DNA of 64,000 bases from a virus, in the IMG/VR virus record IMGVR_UViG_3300027850_000002, positions 111,416 to 175,415 of that record; one strand, written 5' to 3'. Positions 9,436 to 19,411 of the stretch are shown one piece after another. How positions within the stretch are numbered: position 1 is the first letter of the stretch; each line of letters starts with the position of its first letter. The notes under the pieces were generated by a model. The model was not told where the DNA came from. It searched no databases and saw only the letters and a program-made list of their open reading frames with translations. The position numbers and the translations under genes were made by a program.

Positions 9436-11177
9436 GTACGTGGAACTCCATCAACCCGAATCAGTTGATCCCCAGTAGTGTCGTTGCAGCCGTAACCGCG
9501 ATAGGCGACACCCTCACAAGTGCAATCAGTGCAGCGTCAAATCCGCTCAGTAAATTTCCTTCCTTATCGGCACCGAACGTTCCCGACCCCATCACAGCAG
9601 TCGTTAATGCGATTTTGGATACATTGTCAGGTCTCCTCAAGGCCGGTCGTATTCACACACTTGCCGTACCCATTGTAAAAACGGTTCCTAACAAACCGTC
9701 GCCTCGGTTGCCGTCCACTCTAAACGACCTACAAGCCATGCTTGCAGTGCGATTAGGTCCCGCGTCTACCGCGGAACATGACGCATATACGAACATGGTC
9801 ATGCGTACAGGTGGTAATGCGGGCTTCTACCAAACATTCGCCGCGTCGATCATGGATCCGCAAGACTCCAACAGACCGAAATATGACAACGGTAAAGATG
9901 CCGTTGCGATGACGGTCTTAATGATCGGTGCGCCAAGGTTCTCAAGCATCGCATCAGCAGCATCGACGCTAGACCTTCTAACGCGTCCGACGAGTGACAA
10001 CAGCTTCGTCTCTCGCATCATCCCTGTCCCACAAAATCTAGGTACGAAAGTTGTAGGGTCTACGAAACCTCCGGGAATTGGTGTACGTCTCGATTGGGAT
10101 CCTCCAAAACCAGAGAACACACGTCAATTCTTCCCAGGTCTATCTGTCGAAGTAAAACGTTATGCCGTCATTCGAACAACGGACCCACGCGGAGCACGTG
10201 CACGCATGGTCATGGACTTGTTCAAGACGCAAAAGCTGACTGAAGGTCTAACAACAGGAAAGGCCAAGGTCGTCAAAATCGGGTCGGGCAGAAATACAGC
10301 GTATCTAGATACCGACGCGAGCCTCAAGCCCGCGACCCCCGTCTACTACTTCATCGCGTGGGAATGCACCGTGAAAGAGAACGGGGAGACTGTCACACTA
10401 CCGTTCGATAAACTTTCGAACGTGTCCAAGGTTGCGGTAACGAGTCCTGCTGCACCGCAAACGGGAAGCGCACCCAACTGGGTTGCTACGGACTCGGCGA
10501 TCTCTGCATTTCCAAGTCTCGATAACGCGGCCCGTCGCCTCATCGCAGAGACCCAAGTTCTGCTCAAGCCTTCCGCGAGTCCGCTGTCGCGCATTGATGC
10601 GGCGCTCAAAATATCTAAGGATGCAACTGCACGCTTGTCTGCGCGTTCAACGGAATTGATTGACGACGTCAAGCGGTTGACTGCAGCGCTGTCGGCGCCC
10701 ATTCCCGCGGTCTACGTCACCCAGATGTCGAGCGCTACAGGCGGAACAGCGTTTCTTCTAGCTGAGCTAGCTAAACGTCTCGGCGATACAAGTGACCCTT
10801 CACGCCCCCCGTTTGATAACGGTGAGTATGTGATTGGTGTTTGCTTTGTTGCAGGTGCGCCCCGTCTCGCGGACCTAGCGAAGGTCATCGCATTCTTCAA
10901 GGCGCTATTCGGTCCTGCCAACGCTGCGAATCCGCTACTCGGTCTTCTTGCTTCAATCGACACATTGGTGGCTCAAGCAGAAACGGTAGTTTTCCAGCCA
11001 GACATGACGCCGTTCCCTCCAGGAACGGACCTGACGGCCATCGACCCCGCGACGGGACGGCCTCCAACACTTGGTACGGCGGTGATCGCTGCAGATGGAA
11101 CGCCTGTCGCAGCTGACAGCCCGGACAATCCGAACGCAGGTAACACGAACGTCCCGCCGTCTGCCGAGCGCTGCTAG
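9432..11177 (+). CDS. putative baseplate/virion structural protein
   Basis: 581-aa ORF after the spike, with an FN3/Ig-like central region (LDWDPP...YAVIR...YYFIAW). Visibly lower GC. Confidence 0.55.
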   Translation: MSTWNSINPNQLIPSSVVAAVTAIGDTLTSAISAASNPLSKFPSLSAPNVPDPITAVVNAILDTLSGLLKAGRIHTLAVPIVKTVPNKPSPRLPSTLNDLQAMLAVRLGPASTAEHDAYTNMVMRTGGNAGFYQTFAASIMDPQDSNRPKYDNGKDAVAMTVLMIGAPRFSSIASAASTLDLLTRPTSDNSFVSRIIPVPQNLGTKVVGSTKPPGIGVRLDWDPPKPENTRQFFPGLSVEVKRYAVIRTTDPRGARARMVMDLFKTQKLTEGLTTGKAKVVKIGSGRNTAYLDTDASLKPATPVYYFIAWECTVKENGETVTLPFDKLSNVSKVAVTSPAAPQTGSAPNWVATDSAISAFPSLDNAARRLIAETQVLLKPSASPLSRIDAALKISKDATARLSARSTELIDDVKRLTAALSAPIPAVYVTQMSSATGGTAFLLAELAKRLGDTSDPSRPPFDNGEYVIGVCFVAGAPRLADLAKVIAFFKALFGPANAANPLLGLLASIDTLVAQAETVVFQPDMTPFPPGTDLTAIDPATGRPPTLGTAVIAADGTPVAADSPDNPNAGNTNVPPSAERC

Positions 11178-11220
11178 CTGCCTGATTTGTTTATTAGGTA
11201 AGCGGCGCCTATCATTCCGC

Positions 11221-11484
11221 GTGCCCAAGATTCGTGAATACACGTGCGATTGTGGTGCCCGTTTCGAACACATGCACATGACCGAAGATGAGGTCGCGCT
11301 GTGTCCGACGTGCGCGCAATCAGTCGGTCCAAAGGACGAAATGTTGGGCGGGCATTCGTGTACAACAATCGTTCCGATGTCCCGGACCTCGTTGAAAAAC
11401 AAGGCGGGCTACGTCCACTCGCACGGCGACAAGCCGGCTGAAAAGGGCTCGGTTAGCGTGCCGAGCAACAAGGGGAGCTTCTGA
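11221..11484 (+). CDS. FmdB-like zinc-ribbon protein
   Basis: MPKIREYTCDCGARFE...CPTC. GTG start 5 nt after CCTATCAT. Confidence 0.65.
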   Translation: MPKIREYTCDCGARFEHMHMTEDEVALCPTCAQSVGPKDEMLGGHSCTTIVPMSRTSLKNKAGYVHSHGDKPAEKGSVSVPSNKGSF

Positions 11485-11990
11485 TGCAGGACCAGATCGA
11501 AACCGTCAGCATGTTGATCGTCAAGGGTGTTGTACTGCCGCTCGTAGGACTCTTTGTCGCGTGGGCATCCATGATGCTGCCGGCGTGGATCAAGGCAAAG
11601 GTGAAGAACGAGAGTGTCGCGGGCGTCCTCGAGCGCCTCTCGACGCTTGCGTTCTCCGTCGTAACGGAGATCCAGCAGACGATCGTCTCAGGTCTCGGCG
11701 ACCAAGCGACCACAGAAGAGCTGCAAAAGGCGCGCGACCAAGCGATCGCAACCCTAAAATCACACCTCGGTGCGAAGGGTATGAAGGAACTGATGACAGT
11801 GTTGGGTCTTGCGGACGCCGCCGTCAACAAGCTGCTCGTCACATTCATCGAATCGGCGGTGCACAACCTTCCAAAGACGTTGATGGCAGGAACGTTGATC
11901 GAGACAAAGTCGACCACGACACCAGAAACGGCGAGCGAACCAGCTACCACCACTGTCACTACCACCGCAGCAACTTCGACCCCGACCTGA
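11484..11990 (+). CDS. putative holin (single TM, LL-H-like)
   Basis: N-terminal TM then helical domain ending IESAVHNL. In the lysis cluster. Confidence 0.5.
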   Translation: MQDQIETVSMLIVKGVVLPLVGLFVAWASMMLPAWIKAKVKNESVAGVLERLSTLAFSVVTEIQQTIVSGLGDQATTEELQKARDQAIATLKSHLGAKGMKELMTVLGLADAAVNKLLVTFIESAVHNLPKTLMAGTLIETKSTTTPETASEPATTTVTTTAATSTPT

Positions 11991-12001
11991 AAGGCCTTCC
12001 T

Positions 12002-12409
12002 ATGCGCTTCATTCTCGTCCTCGTTCTCGTCATCGGTCTGGCCAGCACGACCGCGTGTCCTCCAGGTCCAGGTCCTGTCGGTCCGGTGATCAACGCCGTT
12101 GTCGATTGTCTCGGTGCGAACCGCCCGCAAATCGACACCCTTATCAACGAGTTCAAGGGACCGATTCTCGGTGGTGGTTCGGTCTCGTGGCCGGACGTCA
12201 AGCTTCGGGCAACACAGGCCGGCAAGGACATCGGCGGCTGTTTCATCATGGAACTGACGCAGTGGTTCCTCAGTGGAACGCGCGCAGCGCCGGATGCAAA
12301 GGCGGCGCACGACGCTGCAGAGGAATTCCGTAGGACCGTCGGAGGAAACGCGACGTACTCCACGATCTGCGTGCGGGAAGACGGTACCAAGTCGGCGTGT
12401 AAGCTGTGA
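12002..12409 (+). CDS. lipoprotein (possible spanin component)
   Basis: MRFILVLVLVIGLASTTA-C lipobox-like signal, Pro-rich after Cys. In the lysis cluster. Confidence 0.55.
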   Translation: MRFILVLVLVIGLASTTACPPGPGPVGPVINAVVDCLGANRPQIDTLINEFKGPILGGGSVSWPDVKLRATQAGKDIGGCFIMELTQWFLSGTRAAPDAKAAHDAAEEFRRTVGGNATYSTICVREDGTKSACKL

Positions 12410-13152
12410 CGCTGAAGATCGGCAAAACGGGCGCAGTACCGTCGCGACATGATCCAAAGACGGTCACGTACAAGGCGATCCACAAAGCGCTCGCAATTGC
12501 CGATCCGAGACGTACACCGCCATTTCACGTCGACACTCGGCCACGCAACGCACGCTGGGACATCAACGGCAACGACCGCTACGGCTGCTGCACGTTCGCT
12601 GGCATCGTCCGTATCATGCAGAACAACGCGGCCCGCAAGGGCCGTACGCTTGACATCACGGACGAGGACGTCATCAAGGCGTACCTGGACAGCACAGGTG
12701 GCGTCGACGCAGGGCAGATGCCGATCAACGCGCTGAACTACATGCGCAGCATCGGCATCAAGGGCCACAAGGTGTTGGCGTATGCACGGGTCGGTGACCG
12801 AGACGTGTACGAACGACAAAGCGCGCTCGCGACGTTCGGTTCGCTGTACGTCGCCGCAGGGCTGCCTGCCAAACTCAATGATGATCGGGACCTACGGTGG
12901 GAGTTGACGCCGCGTGAGAAACGCACGGCTAGCGACGAGCCGCGCTCGATGGGCGGACACGCCTACCCGATTTTTGGTTTTCAACGCGGTGAAGAGTTCT
13001 CCGTACCGTGGGACCAGGAGGTCATCGAAGAGGCCAACTGGACGGACTATTACCGCGAGGAGACCTGGGTGTTCGCTGACAACCAGGAAACGGACCAACT
13101 TCTGCTCGGTGTCATGTTCGCGCAACTCGCAGCGATCAAGGAGACCGCATGA
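12406..13152 (+). CDS. papain-like (C1-type) cysteine peptidase
   Basis: GNDRYGCCTFAG catalytic Cys region, GGHAY catalytic His, downstream W. Confidence 0.65.
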   Translation: MTLKIGKTGAVPSRHDPKTVTYKAIHKALAIADPRRTPPFHVDTRPRNARWDINGNDRYGCCTFAGIVRIMQNNAARKGRTLDITDEDVIKAYLDSTGGVDAGQMPINALNYMRSIGIKGHKVLAYARVGDRDVYERQSALATFGSLYVAAGLPAKLNDDRDLRWELTPREKRTASDEPRSMGGHAYPIFGFQRGEEFSVPWDQEVIEEANWTDYYREETWVFADNQETDQLLLGVMFAQLAAIKETA

Positions 13153-14147
13153 CCCTCAAGCTAGGCAGTCAAGGACCCGAGGTCGAACAGCTGCAGCTCA
13201 AGTTGAAGGCCGCCGGGTACGACCCTGGCAACGTCGATGGAGACTACGGCAAGCGTACTGTGGACGCCGTGCTCGCGTTCCAAACAGACCGTCCAGATCT
13301 CGACGATGACGGTGCTGCAGGTCCAATGACCCTCGGCGCTCTGGATGCTGCGATTGCAAAGACGAAGCCCGCGTCTGCAACGCCCGTGGCGCCGACATCC
13401 ACCGTGCCTTGCGACGCGACAACGTGGGCCGCTTTCATGTCACTTGTCGACAAGGTCACAAAGCTTCCCGTCAAGTACGGACCTGGGCGAGGTCTTTGGT
13501 CCAAAGACAAATTCGTCATCACGTACAATCCCGGATCGCTCGTGAAAGACGTCAGGTGGACCGGCTGGCCGAACGTTCTCGGAAAGCCGTACCCAAGCTT
13601 TCACTGTACGTCGTGGTGCAACTTCTTCATGAGCTGGTTGTGTCGCCGCAACCAGGACTACACGCACGCGGGCAACATCCCCTCGCTGTTCGACCTTCTT
13701 TCGAAAGGTCCAGAGGTCCATCAGAACCCGGGCGCTGGTCCGTACCGAGGCTTTGGGGACGTGTGCTATCCGATTGTCCCCGATGGGTCAGCTGTGAAGC
13801 GCAGCGGCGTGCCCAAGGTCATGGATGTACGTGAGCTGTACGCACGTCGGGCGGACTTGCCGACCTTCGTCGTGTTCGGCCAATCGACGAAGAAAACCGG
13901 CGGCTGGAATTGGTGGCATCACACAGGGCTGTACGTCGCGCGCGACGGCAAGCTGTTCCGGATCGCCGCCGATGGCTTCAAGGGGTCGAACGGCTACTCT
14001 GCGAGCCCGATGAAGTACGTGGAAATCACGCCCCAGAACCTCAGTGCGTTCGACGGCTGTGTGTACCGCTGCTACGGCGTCCGCACGACGGACGGTACCT
14101 ACGGCGACAAGAGCAGGCCGTACGCGACCGTGGACTTCGAAGCGTAA
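13149..14147 (+). CDS. endolysin: PG-binding domain plus Cys/His (NlpC/P60-CHAP-like) catalytic domain
   Basis: LKLGSQGPEVEQLQ...DGDYGKRT..AV.AFQ...DG.AGPMT (PG_binding_1). FHCTSW and HHTGL candidate catalytic motifs. Confidence 0.75.
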   Translation: MTLKLGSQGPEVEQLQLKLKAAGYDPGNVDGDYGKRTVDAVLAFQTDRPDLDDDGAAGPMTLGALDAAIAKTKPASATPVAPTSTVPCDATTWAAFMSLVDKVTKLPVKYGPGRGLWSKDKFVITYNPGSLVKDVRWTGWPNVLGKPYPSFHCTSWCNFFMSWLCRRNQDYTHAGNIPSLFDLLSKGPEVHQNPGAGPYRGFGDVCYPIVPDGSAVKRSGVPKVMDVRELYARRADLPTFVVFGQSTKKTGGWNWWHHTGLYVARDGKLFRIAADGFKGSNGYSASPMKYVEITPQNLSAFDGCVYRCYGVRTTDGTYGDKSRPYATVDFEA

Positions 14148-14161
14148 TCCCGCGTCGGTCC

Positions 14162-14170
14162 ACTATAATT
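14162..14170 (+). promoter_or_regulatory. CTATAATT -10 promoter, leaderless
   Basis: TATAAT 14164-14169, ATG at 14176, no SD. Confidence 0.6.
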
Positions 14171-14175
14171 AGGGC

Positions 14176-14541
14176 ATGGCGCAGACCCTGACCGTCGCTG
14201 GCGCGGCCTCCTGTCCTTTCGTGGACGGTGGCGCCGTTGCTCCCATTCCCCTTGCGACTGCTCTCGGCTTCACGTCACGAGCAGACTTCCAGCGGAGCTA
14301 TCTCGGCGCCATTGTCGATGATCCTGTCAACTTCGGGACGCTCGCAGTGCCGGGTGCCAAGGGCGTCATCGTCATGTGCACGGCAGGCAGTTGCACGATC
14401 AAGTTCAACGGCGGTCTCGATGCGTGGCCCCTCTCGCCCGGCGGCTACTTCATTTGGATCAACACCGCGCAGCCATTCCCGACGTCGGCTCTGATCTCGA
14501 CGACAGGTGCTGCAGGCGTGTTCTTCCTCGCGGTAGGATGA
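14176..14541 (+). CDS. small beta-rich putative virion protein
   Basis: 121-aa beta-strand-rich ORF behind the late-type promoter. Confidence 0.6.
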   Translation: MAQTLTVAGAASCPFVDGGAVAPIPLATALGFTSRADFQRSYLGAIVDDPVNFGTLAVPGAKGVIVMCTAGSCTIKFNGGLDAWPLSPGGYFIWINTAQPFPTSALISTTGAAGVFFLAVG

Positions 14542-14544
14542 CCA

Positions 14545-14994
14545 ATGCTACAAAGGGCTTTCGAACAGGGCTGTAGCAACGCGTGCGCACGCTTCGGCGT
14601 GAAGATCGCAGCTGTCCCTCTCGCGCGCCCGATACCGCGAATGACGACGCCACACGTGCCAAAGCCCGGCTTCAAGCTCACACCTCAAGAAGAAGCGCAG
14701 GCGTTACGCATGAAGAGTCAGTCGCCTGCACAACGGCAACAAGAACTCGGCTTGGACCGTGACACGCAGAACACGCAGTTCGCACAGCGGCACGACCTGC
14801 CCTCTGCATCCCCTGTGGCGGCTGCCGGGCGGGGTGCGCGTGGTGCGGGTGGTTTCATGCGTCCCATCAAGCGGGGCCTCGGTCTCGCTGCGCTCGGGGC
14901 CGCGGGTACGGCAGCCTACGGTCTCCACAAGCAGCACCATATTGACGAAGAGAAAATTCCGCTCGTCTACGCCCCTCTGCAAGGTGGTTTCTGA
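14545..14994 (+). CDS. tagged protein with C-terminal Gly/Ala TM
   Basis: AFEQGCSNACARFGVKIAA tag, GLGLAALGAAGTAAYGL segment. Confidence 0.65.
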   Translation: MLQRAFEQGCSNACARFGVKIAAVPLARPIPRMTTPHVPKPGFKLTPQEEAQALRMKSQSPAQRQQELGLDRDTQNTQFAQRHDLPSASPVAAAGRGARGAGGFMRPIKRGLGLAALGAAGTAAYGLHKQHHIDEEKIPLVYAPLQGGF

Positions 14995-15269
14995 TGACGC
15001 TCAAGCACGCGTACGCGAGAGGTTGTCGAGCGGCGCTCGAGAAGTTCGCGCTCGATCCTCCAACCGCTGTTGACGCGTTCATGGGCGCGGTGGAATCAGG
15101 CAAGGATGTTGCGCCTGAACCGGCATTGCCGCCGATGTCTCATGCACCCGGCGAGATGCTTCCTGCACTCGACGGCACGACGCCACTCTCGACGTCGCCG
15201 CCCATGTCGCCGGACCTCGGTTCCACCATCGGTGCACCGCCACCACCCATGATGGGCGCGCTGGGCTGA
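14994..15269 (+). CDS. tagged Pro-rich small protein
   Basis: AYARGCRAALEKFAL tag then Pro-rich disordered tail. Confidence 0.65.
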   Translation: MTLKHAYARGCRAALEKFALDPPTAVDAFMGAVESGKDVAPEPALPPMSHAPGEMLPALDGTTPLSTSPPMSPDLGSTIGAPPPPMMGALG

Positions 15270-15270
15270 T

Positions 15271-16875
15271 GTGATGATCGGCAAGGGCTGGCTCAAGTTT
15301 GCGATCCTTGGAAGCACGTATGCACGGGCGCTCGAGAATGCGAACACGCGCGCAGGACGCCCTGGCGGAATGTTCTCGTCGATTGCAGAACAGCCACTGG
15401 CCAAACTCAAGCCAGGCGCATCAGCGTATGTGCGTGCGCCCGGTGCGCTGACGCCGACCGCAGACCAACGCGGCATGCAACAGATGCTCGCGAAAACGCC
15501 GTGGGCGGGTGATGACCATGGTGGGTCGCCGCACGCCGAAGCGACGTACAACGCGCTGTTGAAACGTCGGGGTATGGACGTGAAGACGCCGGGCGGCGAT
15601 ACGAACGCGCAAATCGCGAAGAGCTTCGGGGTCGGAGCCCGTGAACCGTCCGAATCCCATACCGCAGTGACGCGTAAAACGGACCTGCAGGGCCGGGCAG
15701 CGCAGACGCCGGACGGACGGAACCCACTCGAACATCAAGACCGTCGACTGCGAACGCCCAATCCAATGGGTGCGGGGGCTGTTGAGGACGTGCATCAGGC
15801 GCGTCCTATCCAACGGGAACGTCCGCGCGAGCCGCTACCCATGGAACGACACCGCCCGCTTCCTCCGATGCAGCAGGCGGCTCCAATGGCTGCGCCCATG
15901 CCTGCTGCACACAGCAGCGCAGCCACCAACGTGCTCACGGCGCCGCGCCCACCACAGCGGAACATTGCGACGAGTGTCATGAAGGCGGGGGCTGCTCAAT
16001 TCAAGATCGCCGGTCCGCTCGCGACGGCCGTGGGCATCGGTATCCCGCTGGCTGTCGGCGGAAGCATGCTCGCGGGTAAGCCGGGCATTCAGTCGAACAT
16101 CAAGAACCTGTTCGCGGGCAAAGGCACGACGGAGGAACAGGACAAAACGAACGAGCTGCCCGCAGGCGCGTTGCGACAAGCAGACGCAGTCCATCAAACA
16201 CTGTTGGCTCGCGGGTTCGACCCGACGTCGATGCGCATCGGGATTGACGCGCCACCCGGTTCCGGCAAGACGACGCTAGCGCGCGCGCTCGCTCACCGCA
16301 CCGGCATGAAGCACTACGGCCTCGACTGGGAGCCCGGCAATGCCTGGAAGTCGACGATTGGTCTGGGTCGTAACGTCGAGAAGATGCCGCACGCGCCTCG
16401 AGCGGGCGAGATCATGGAGCACTACCTGCTCAACCGTACACACGATCCGGAACTGTTCGACGCTCAGATCCACTTGCGTAGAGACCCGAACATCATCCGT
16501 CAGCAGCTCAACCATCGCGGCAACGCCGCATACATCGGGGACATGATGGACCTCGACAAGTCGCTCGCCGTTGCCGACCTTGGCTTTGACACGCTGGGCG
16601 GCGAGACGATCGATCTCGGCGACGGCACGGTCATGAAGCTTCGGCCGCATGGAGGCTGGGGAGACAACCTCGACCAAGCGCTCATGGCGAAGGGCATCAA
16701 CCCAGCAGGCATGAGTCGTCATTCGAAGCTGCTCTCGCTCCACCGCGGGACACCTACGGAAGGTGCTGGCTGGACGCCGTACGTGAAAAATCCACTGTCA
16801 GGCGGTCAGACGCTTGCGCTGGGTGCGTCGATCCCGTTGGGCGTCATGGCTGCGCGCGCGCTCGCTCGTCACTGA
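15271..16875 (+). CDS. K-x-A protein with TM-flanked P-loop (nucleoside/nucleotide kinase-like) domain
   Basis: IGIDAPPGSGKTT Walker A. Hydrophobic segments on both sides. KFA/KIA sites. Confidence 0.65.
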   Translation: MMIGKGWLKFAILGSTYARALENANTRAGRPGGMFSSIAEQPLAKLKPGASAYVRAPGALTPTADQRGMQQMLAKTPWAGDDHGGSPHAEATYNALLKRRGMDVKTPGGDTNAQIAKSFGVGAREPSESHTAVTRKTDLQGRAAQTPDGRNPLEHQDRRLRTPNPMGAGAVEDVHQARPIQRERPREPLPMERHRPLPPMQQAAPMAAPMPAAHSSAATNVLTAPRPPQRNIATSVMKAGAAQFKIAGPLATAVGIGIPLAVGGSMLAGKPGIQSNIKNLFAGKGTTEEQDKTNELPAGALRQADAVHQTLLARGFDPTSMRIGIDAPPGSGKTTLARALAHRTGMKHYGLDWEPGNAWKSTIGLGRNVEKMPHAPRAGEIMEHYLLNRTHDPELFDAQIHLRRDPNIIRQQLNHRGNAAYIGDMMDLDKSLAVADLGFDTLGGETIDLGDGTVMKLRPHGGWGDNLDQALMAKGINPAGMSRHSKLLSLHRGTPTEGAGWTPYVKNPLSGGQTLALGASIPLGVMAARALARH

Positions 16876-16877
16876 TC

Positions 16878-16910
16878 AAAAAAAAAGGCGGGCCCGCTAA
16901 ACCCGAGCCC
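16878..16910 (-). terminator. intrinsic terminator of the (-) strand early block
   Basis: Minus strand reads GGGCTCG-loop-CGGGCCC, then GCC and T9, at the convergent junction. Confidence 0.65.
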
Positions 16911-16924
16911 CGGAGAAACCCTTG

Positions 16925-17218
16925 CTAGGGCGTCTCCTGATCTGTTTTGTCACGGTCAGGGTTCGCTCGACGCAGGCCCGCGAGGATGTAGATGGCGGCC
17001 GGCTTGCCCGCGCGCGTCTTACGTCGAGCGGCACGCGCTTCAACGAGCGGCTTCGGCTTCCAGTTCGCCAGTTCATTCACGCGCGCCGAGATGCTCTGGT
17101 GCGAGCGCTTCAATTCAATTTCGATTTCGTCGGTCGTCTTTCCGTCCCAGCCAGCGGTACGGATGATGTTGTAGACCTGCAGCTGCAGATCGCTCAAAAG
17201 GCTTTCGACGTCAGCCAT
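16925..17218 (-). CDS. winged-HTH DNA-binding protein
   Basis: GKTTDEIEIELKRSHQSISARVNEL...RKTRAGKPA. Confidence 0.65.
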   Translation of the reverse strand: MADVESLLSDLQLQVYNIIRTAGWDGKTTDEIEIELKRSHQSISARVNELANWKPKPLVEARAARRKTRAGKPAAIYILAGLRRANPDRDKTDQETP

Positions 17219-17417
17219 CTCCCATATGCTCCCTGCATGCCTTACATTCCTTGAACGATTTCTCCTGGATGTTTGATTGGCACGCTTTACATGTTTTGTA
17301 TCCAGAGAAGTCTGACCGTCCCTGTGTCTCGGCTGCGTATGCCAGCCGTGAGACTTGTTGTGTCAGCATCCCGATTGCTTCAATCGCACGTTCGAACAAC
17401 CGTTCGATGTCACGCAT
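17211..17417 (-). CDS. hypothetical protein with two CxxC
   Basis: CKAC x2, operonic overlaps. Confidence 0.5.
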   Translation of the reverse strand: MRDIERLFERAIEAIGMLTQQVSRLAYAAETQGRSDFSGYKTCKACQSNIQEKSFKECKACREHMGDG

Positions 17418-17634
17418 TGTCGAGAATATTCTTCTCGGCCCACCACATCTTCACAACCAACTGTCCGACGTCGTCTTGCTTCCACACCTCTGAGTCGTCG
17501 TGAACAACGGATTTGGGAATCCAACGCTGTCCTTCCGCGCTGGTGAAGGCGACAAGAATCGCCTTTTCAGATTCGCGGATACACTTTCCTTCGCCCATCT
17601 TGTGCGGTTCGTCGCCGCTGTTATCGCGTGGCAT
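17410..17634 (-). CDS. conserved phage hypothetical protein
   Basis: ESEKAILV...WIPKS...WWA motif, AAGGAG SD. Confidence 0.6.
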   Translation of the reverse strand: MPRDNSGDEPHKMGEGKCIRESEKAILVAFTSAEGQRWIPKSVVHDDSEVWKQDDVGQLVVKMWWAEKNILDNA

Positions 17635-17665
17635 GTTTCTCCTTCGAGGTCTTGTACCAAGAAAT

Positions 17666-19411
17666 TCAATCAAACAAGGTAGGGCTCGCCATCACGAGCC
17701 CGCGCCCTGCTTTCGAAACCAGTTTCTTGGCCGCAAGCTGTCGCATGTACTCGTAGCGACTTGTGGCTTTGTACTTCGTGGCTTCCTCGAGCGCTTCGTT
17801 CGTAACGGCTTCCGGGTACGCTTCAATCAAAACGTCGAGCAGTGCGCGTTCACCCTTCGACAGGCGGTGTCGCCACCAATCCTGCAACTCAGACCCCACC
17901 GGCAACGGAGCAGCGTCAGGAAGCGCCCGTACACCAACATCTGTCGCGCGAACGATGTCGCCTTGCTCAACAGTGAGATCCTCTTGTTTTAGGATGCGCA
18001 GGAACTCATATAGGCTGGTGGCTTTGTACCCCGTGAGCACGGTCAGCTGTTCACGACGAAGACCCGCGGGATATTGAATCAACGCAGTCAGAATGTTCCG
18101 CGGCCCTTTCGCAAGCGGACTGGCATCGACGATTCCTTTGGGGACCGCCATACGTCCGGTTCCCATCGGTGGATGGCGCTGTGCACCAATCGCAGGAGGT
18201 GCGTCAATCCTCGCTGAGGTCCGCTGTTTCATCGCAAGGTCGATAACAGTCTGACGGAGCATGTTATCGGCGTGCTTGTTGTTGACCTCCGCCTGCGCGA
18301 CCTTGCCGAGCTGGATTGCGACCATCGAACGGAAGTTGTGCAGCTCGCTGACGACGACCTGCTGCGCCTGCGCGAGCGTGTCCGTGACTTTGGCAAGCTT
18401 GTCGACAGCACGTTCAACGACGGCGACTTGCTTCGGATCGAAGATGCGAACTTTCTCAACTTTGGTCTTTGACAGCGCCGTCTCGGGCAGCTTTGTGATT
18501 TTGATCTGGCGCTCGAGGTCGCGGACGCGTGTACGCAGCTCGGACACGGTTTGTTGCTCGACCTCGACTTCCTTGGGCAGGTCAGCGAGCTGTGCCAGGA
18601 TGCGCTTCACACTGGCACGCGGAGGTGTTGGCGGGGCTGCGCGTTCGCCTGCACGCGGGTGTGTTGTCTGAACCTCGCCGATCTTGATAGTGCGAACGTC
18701 GTCGCAGATCGCAGGACCAAACGCATAGAACTGGCCTGCCTTGAGCGCACGAAGTCCGAGCATGTCCGTCGAGTTCGACATGCCCAACTCCGCAGACGCG
18801 CGACGCATGTCGATATCGAGACCGCAGCGTCCGATGAGCTTGTTGTTGCACTCAGCTGCTGCGTCCTTGCTGAGCTTGCTGATCCGCTGGGTAGCAAGCA
18901 CGCCACAGAAGCCGCGCTTGCGTCCGCGCGTCATCAGATCAATGACGGCATGTGCGCTCTCGGCCTTGTCCTTCTCAGGACAGAACATGTGGGCCTCATC
19001 AATAATGACGAGAACCGGATGCCACAGCTCACGCGGCGCCGACATCATAGACTCGAGGAACAGCTTCACGAATCGTTGGCGTTGTGCGCCCAGTTCGTAA
19101 ATGTCGATGATCGCAGAGACGTTCAACTCGAGCAGTCGCCGCGCCAGCAACGCAGCGCTCTTACAGTCGGCCGGACAGTCGCCGCCTTTTTGACCTGCGA
19201 GCACGTAGTCGTACTTCTCGCGCAAGGAGTGAAACTCGCCTTCGACGTCAATCAGGATCTGTTGGGGTCCGCCGTATGTGGTCTCACACAGCTTGCGGAG
19301 CGCGTAGCTCTTACCTCCGCCAGAGTTGGCCTGGAGCAACAGCCGCGTTTCGACGAGGCGCTGAACGTCGATGGAGACGTTCGGCGCCAGTTGTGCGAGG
19401 AGCTTGGTCAC
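17666..19411 (-). CDS. HerA/FtsK-family ATPase with C-terminal winged-helix domains
   Basis: ANSGGGKS Walker A, IDVEGEF, IIDEAH Walker B, RGRKRG, ATQR. GTG start coupled to upstream stop. Confidence 0.8.
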   Translation of the reverse strand: MTKLLAQLAPNVSIDVQRLVETRLLLQANSGGGKSYALRKLCETTYGGPQQILIDVEGEFHSLREKYDYVLAGQKGGDCPADCKSAALLARRLLELNVSAIIDIYELGAQRQRFVKLFLESMMSAPRELWHPVLVIIDEAHMFCPEKDKAESAHAVIDLMTRGRKRGFCGVLATQRISKLSKDAAAECNNKLIGRCGLDIDMRRASAELGMSNSTDMLGLRALKAGQFYAFGPAICDDVRTIKIGEVQTTHPRAGERAAPPTPPRASVKRILAQLADLPKEVEVEQQTVSELRTRVRDLERQIKITKLPETALSKTKVEKVRIFDPKQVAVVERAVDKLAKVTDTLAQAQQVVVSELHNFRSMVAIQLGKVAQAEVNNKHADNMLRQTVIDLAMKQRTSARIDAPPAIGAQRHPPMGTGRMAVPKGIVDASPLAKGPRNILTALIQYPAGLRREQLTVLTGYKATSLYEFLRILKQEDLTVEQGDIVRATDVGVRALPDAAPLPVGSELQDWWRHRLSKGERALLDVLIEAYPEAVTNEALEEATKYKATSRYEYMRQLAAKKLVSKAGRGLVMASPTLFD

